From Eubacteriales bacterium (lineage in GTDB: Bacteria > Bacillota > Clostridia > Oscillospirales > CAG-272): 50,938 bases of DNA. Each line of letters opens with the position of its first letter. Position 1 is the first letter of the stretch. The notes beneath the pieces were generated by a model. The model made no database searches. It saw only the letters and a list, made by a program, of their open reading frames with translations, and was not told the origin of the DNA. The DNA lies in the NCBI GenBank assembly GCA_045543375.1, contig JAZQMI010000032.1, forward strand, positions 1 through 50,938, given 5' to 3'. The position numbers and the translations under genes are program-made. This document shows, piece after piece, positions 50,585-50,938 of this stretch.

Positions 50585-50938
50585 TTACTCGGACTTCTTG
50601 TACTCGGTGGACAGGTCGTTGCCGTTGGCCTTGACAAACTCAGCCCACTCAGCGTCGGTGTAGTTGACAACCATGTAACGCATACCGCCGAAGCCCATGA
50701 AGGTGTTCTCAACATCGGAGAAGTAAGCAAACTTAGCACCAAGGAAGGATCCGCCGCCGTCAGCGATCAGAGCAACGGAGCGGCTCTCCTTAATGGCGAT
50801 CTCCTCAAGAGCAGCCAGAATGGTCAGTCTTGCATCGGTGGGTGCGTAGCCTGCGCTCCAGTTGTAGGTCTTGGCCTGACCCTCGGTCTCAGCAAGACCG
50901 TTCAGGCAGTAGAACCAGTTCTGAACGCTCATGGTGAT
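50585..50938 (-). CDS. oppA: oligopeptide-type substrate-binding protein, C-terminal part (5' end beyond the window)
   Basis: The ORF is open to the window edge and sits at the head of the oppBCDF genes. The soluble C-terminal sequence ...GMRYMVVNYTDAEWAEFVKANGNDLSTEYKKSE fits an SBP tail. The family call rests mainly on context. Confidence 0.55.
   Translation of the reverse strand: MTMSVQNWFYCLNGLAETEGQAKTYNWSAGYAPTDARLTILAALEEIAIKESRSVALIADGGGSFLGAKFAYFSDVENTFMGFGGMRYMVVNYTDAEWAEFVKANGNDLSTEYKKSE

Noticed and set aside
1-50938. tRNA, rRNA, T-box, transposase/IS elements
   Set aside because: I scanned the intergenic regions by eye and saw no cloverleaf-like or rRNA-like segments, no terminal inverted repeats flanking a transposase-like ORF, and no DDE or serine/tyrosine recombinase motifs in any listed ORF. 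A covariance-model scan (tRNAscan/Infernal) would be needed for certainty.

Overview
This looks like a chromosomal segment from a GC-rich, strictly anaerobic Firmicute, probably a gut Clostridia (Oscillospiraceae/Ruminococcaceae-like). That assignment is an inference from gene content, AGGAGG-type ribosome-binding sites and AT-rich intergenic regions with consensus sigma-A promoters. I support about 45 protein genes, mostly on the minus strand. I recognised no rRNA, tRNA, CRISPR array, transposase or integrase. Order of content: tyrS 3' end; an MsmX-like sugar ABC ATPase; a membrane protein. Next is a glycyl-radical-enzyme (GRE) locus at 2453-10034, made of a TIM-barrel::Gfo/Idh/MocA fusion, a GRE activase, an atypical 736-aa GRE, a cupin and a FAD oxidoreductase. 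It is followed by a divergent orphan solute-binding lipoprotein, an AraC regulator, and a 998-aa MFS-transporter::GH2 fusion. Then comes an operon of a metallophosphoesterase, a sulfite-reductase-like Fe-S protein, BtuFCD/Fec-type ABC uptake genes and a nucleotidyltransferase. After that: a YwaF-like membrane protein; a LexA/CI-like S24 repressor divergent from a tail-fibre-like protein plus a holin-like gene (no lysin, no integrase); a flavin-reductase::rubredoxin; a VOC protein; an esterase lipoprotein; an LRR/MucBP surface protein; an AKR::ferredoxin; and a lipoprotein. The remainder is a GH92-like gene joined to a deoC-deoD-deoB-cdd-pdp nucleoside catabolism operon, a trxB-trxA-rubredoxin-flavodiiron O2-detoxification block, a stalked surface protein, a DUF3899 protein, and an oppABCDF-type operon whose C, D and F subunits carry very large insertions. 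The best candidate for an undescribed system is the GRE locus. Its GRE has the glycyl motif and an activase, but its Cys loop (G-C-H-W-M-C) is non-canonical and its neighbours are cyclitol/keto-sugar-type enzymes rather than those of any characterised GRE pathway I know. All functional calls rest on motif recognition by eye; no database search was run.
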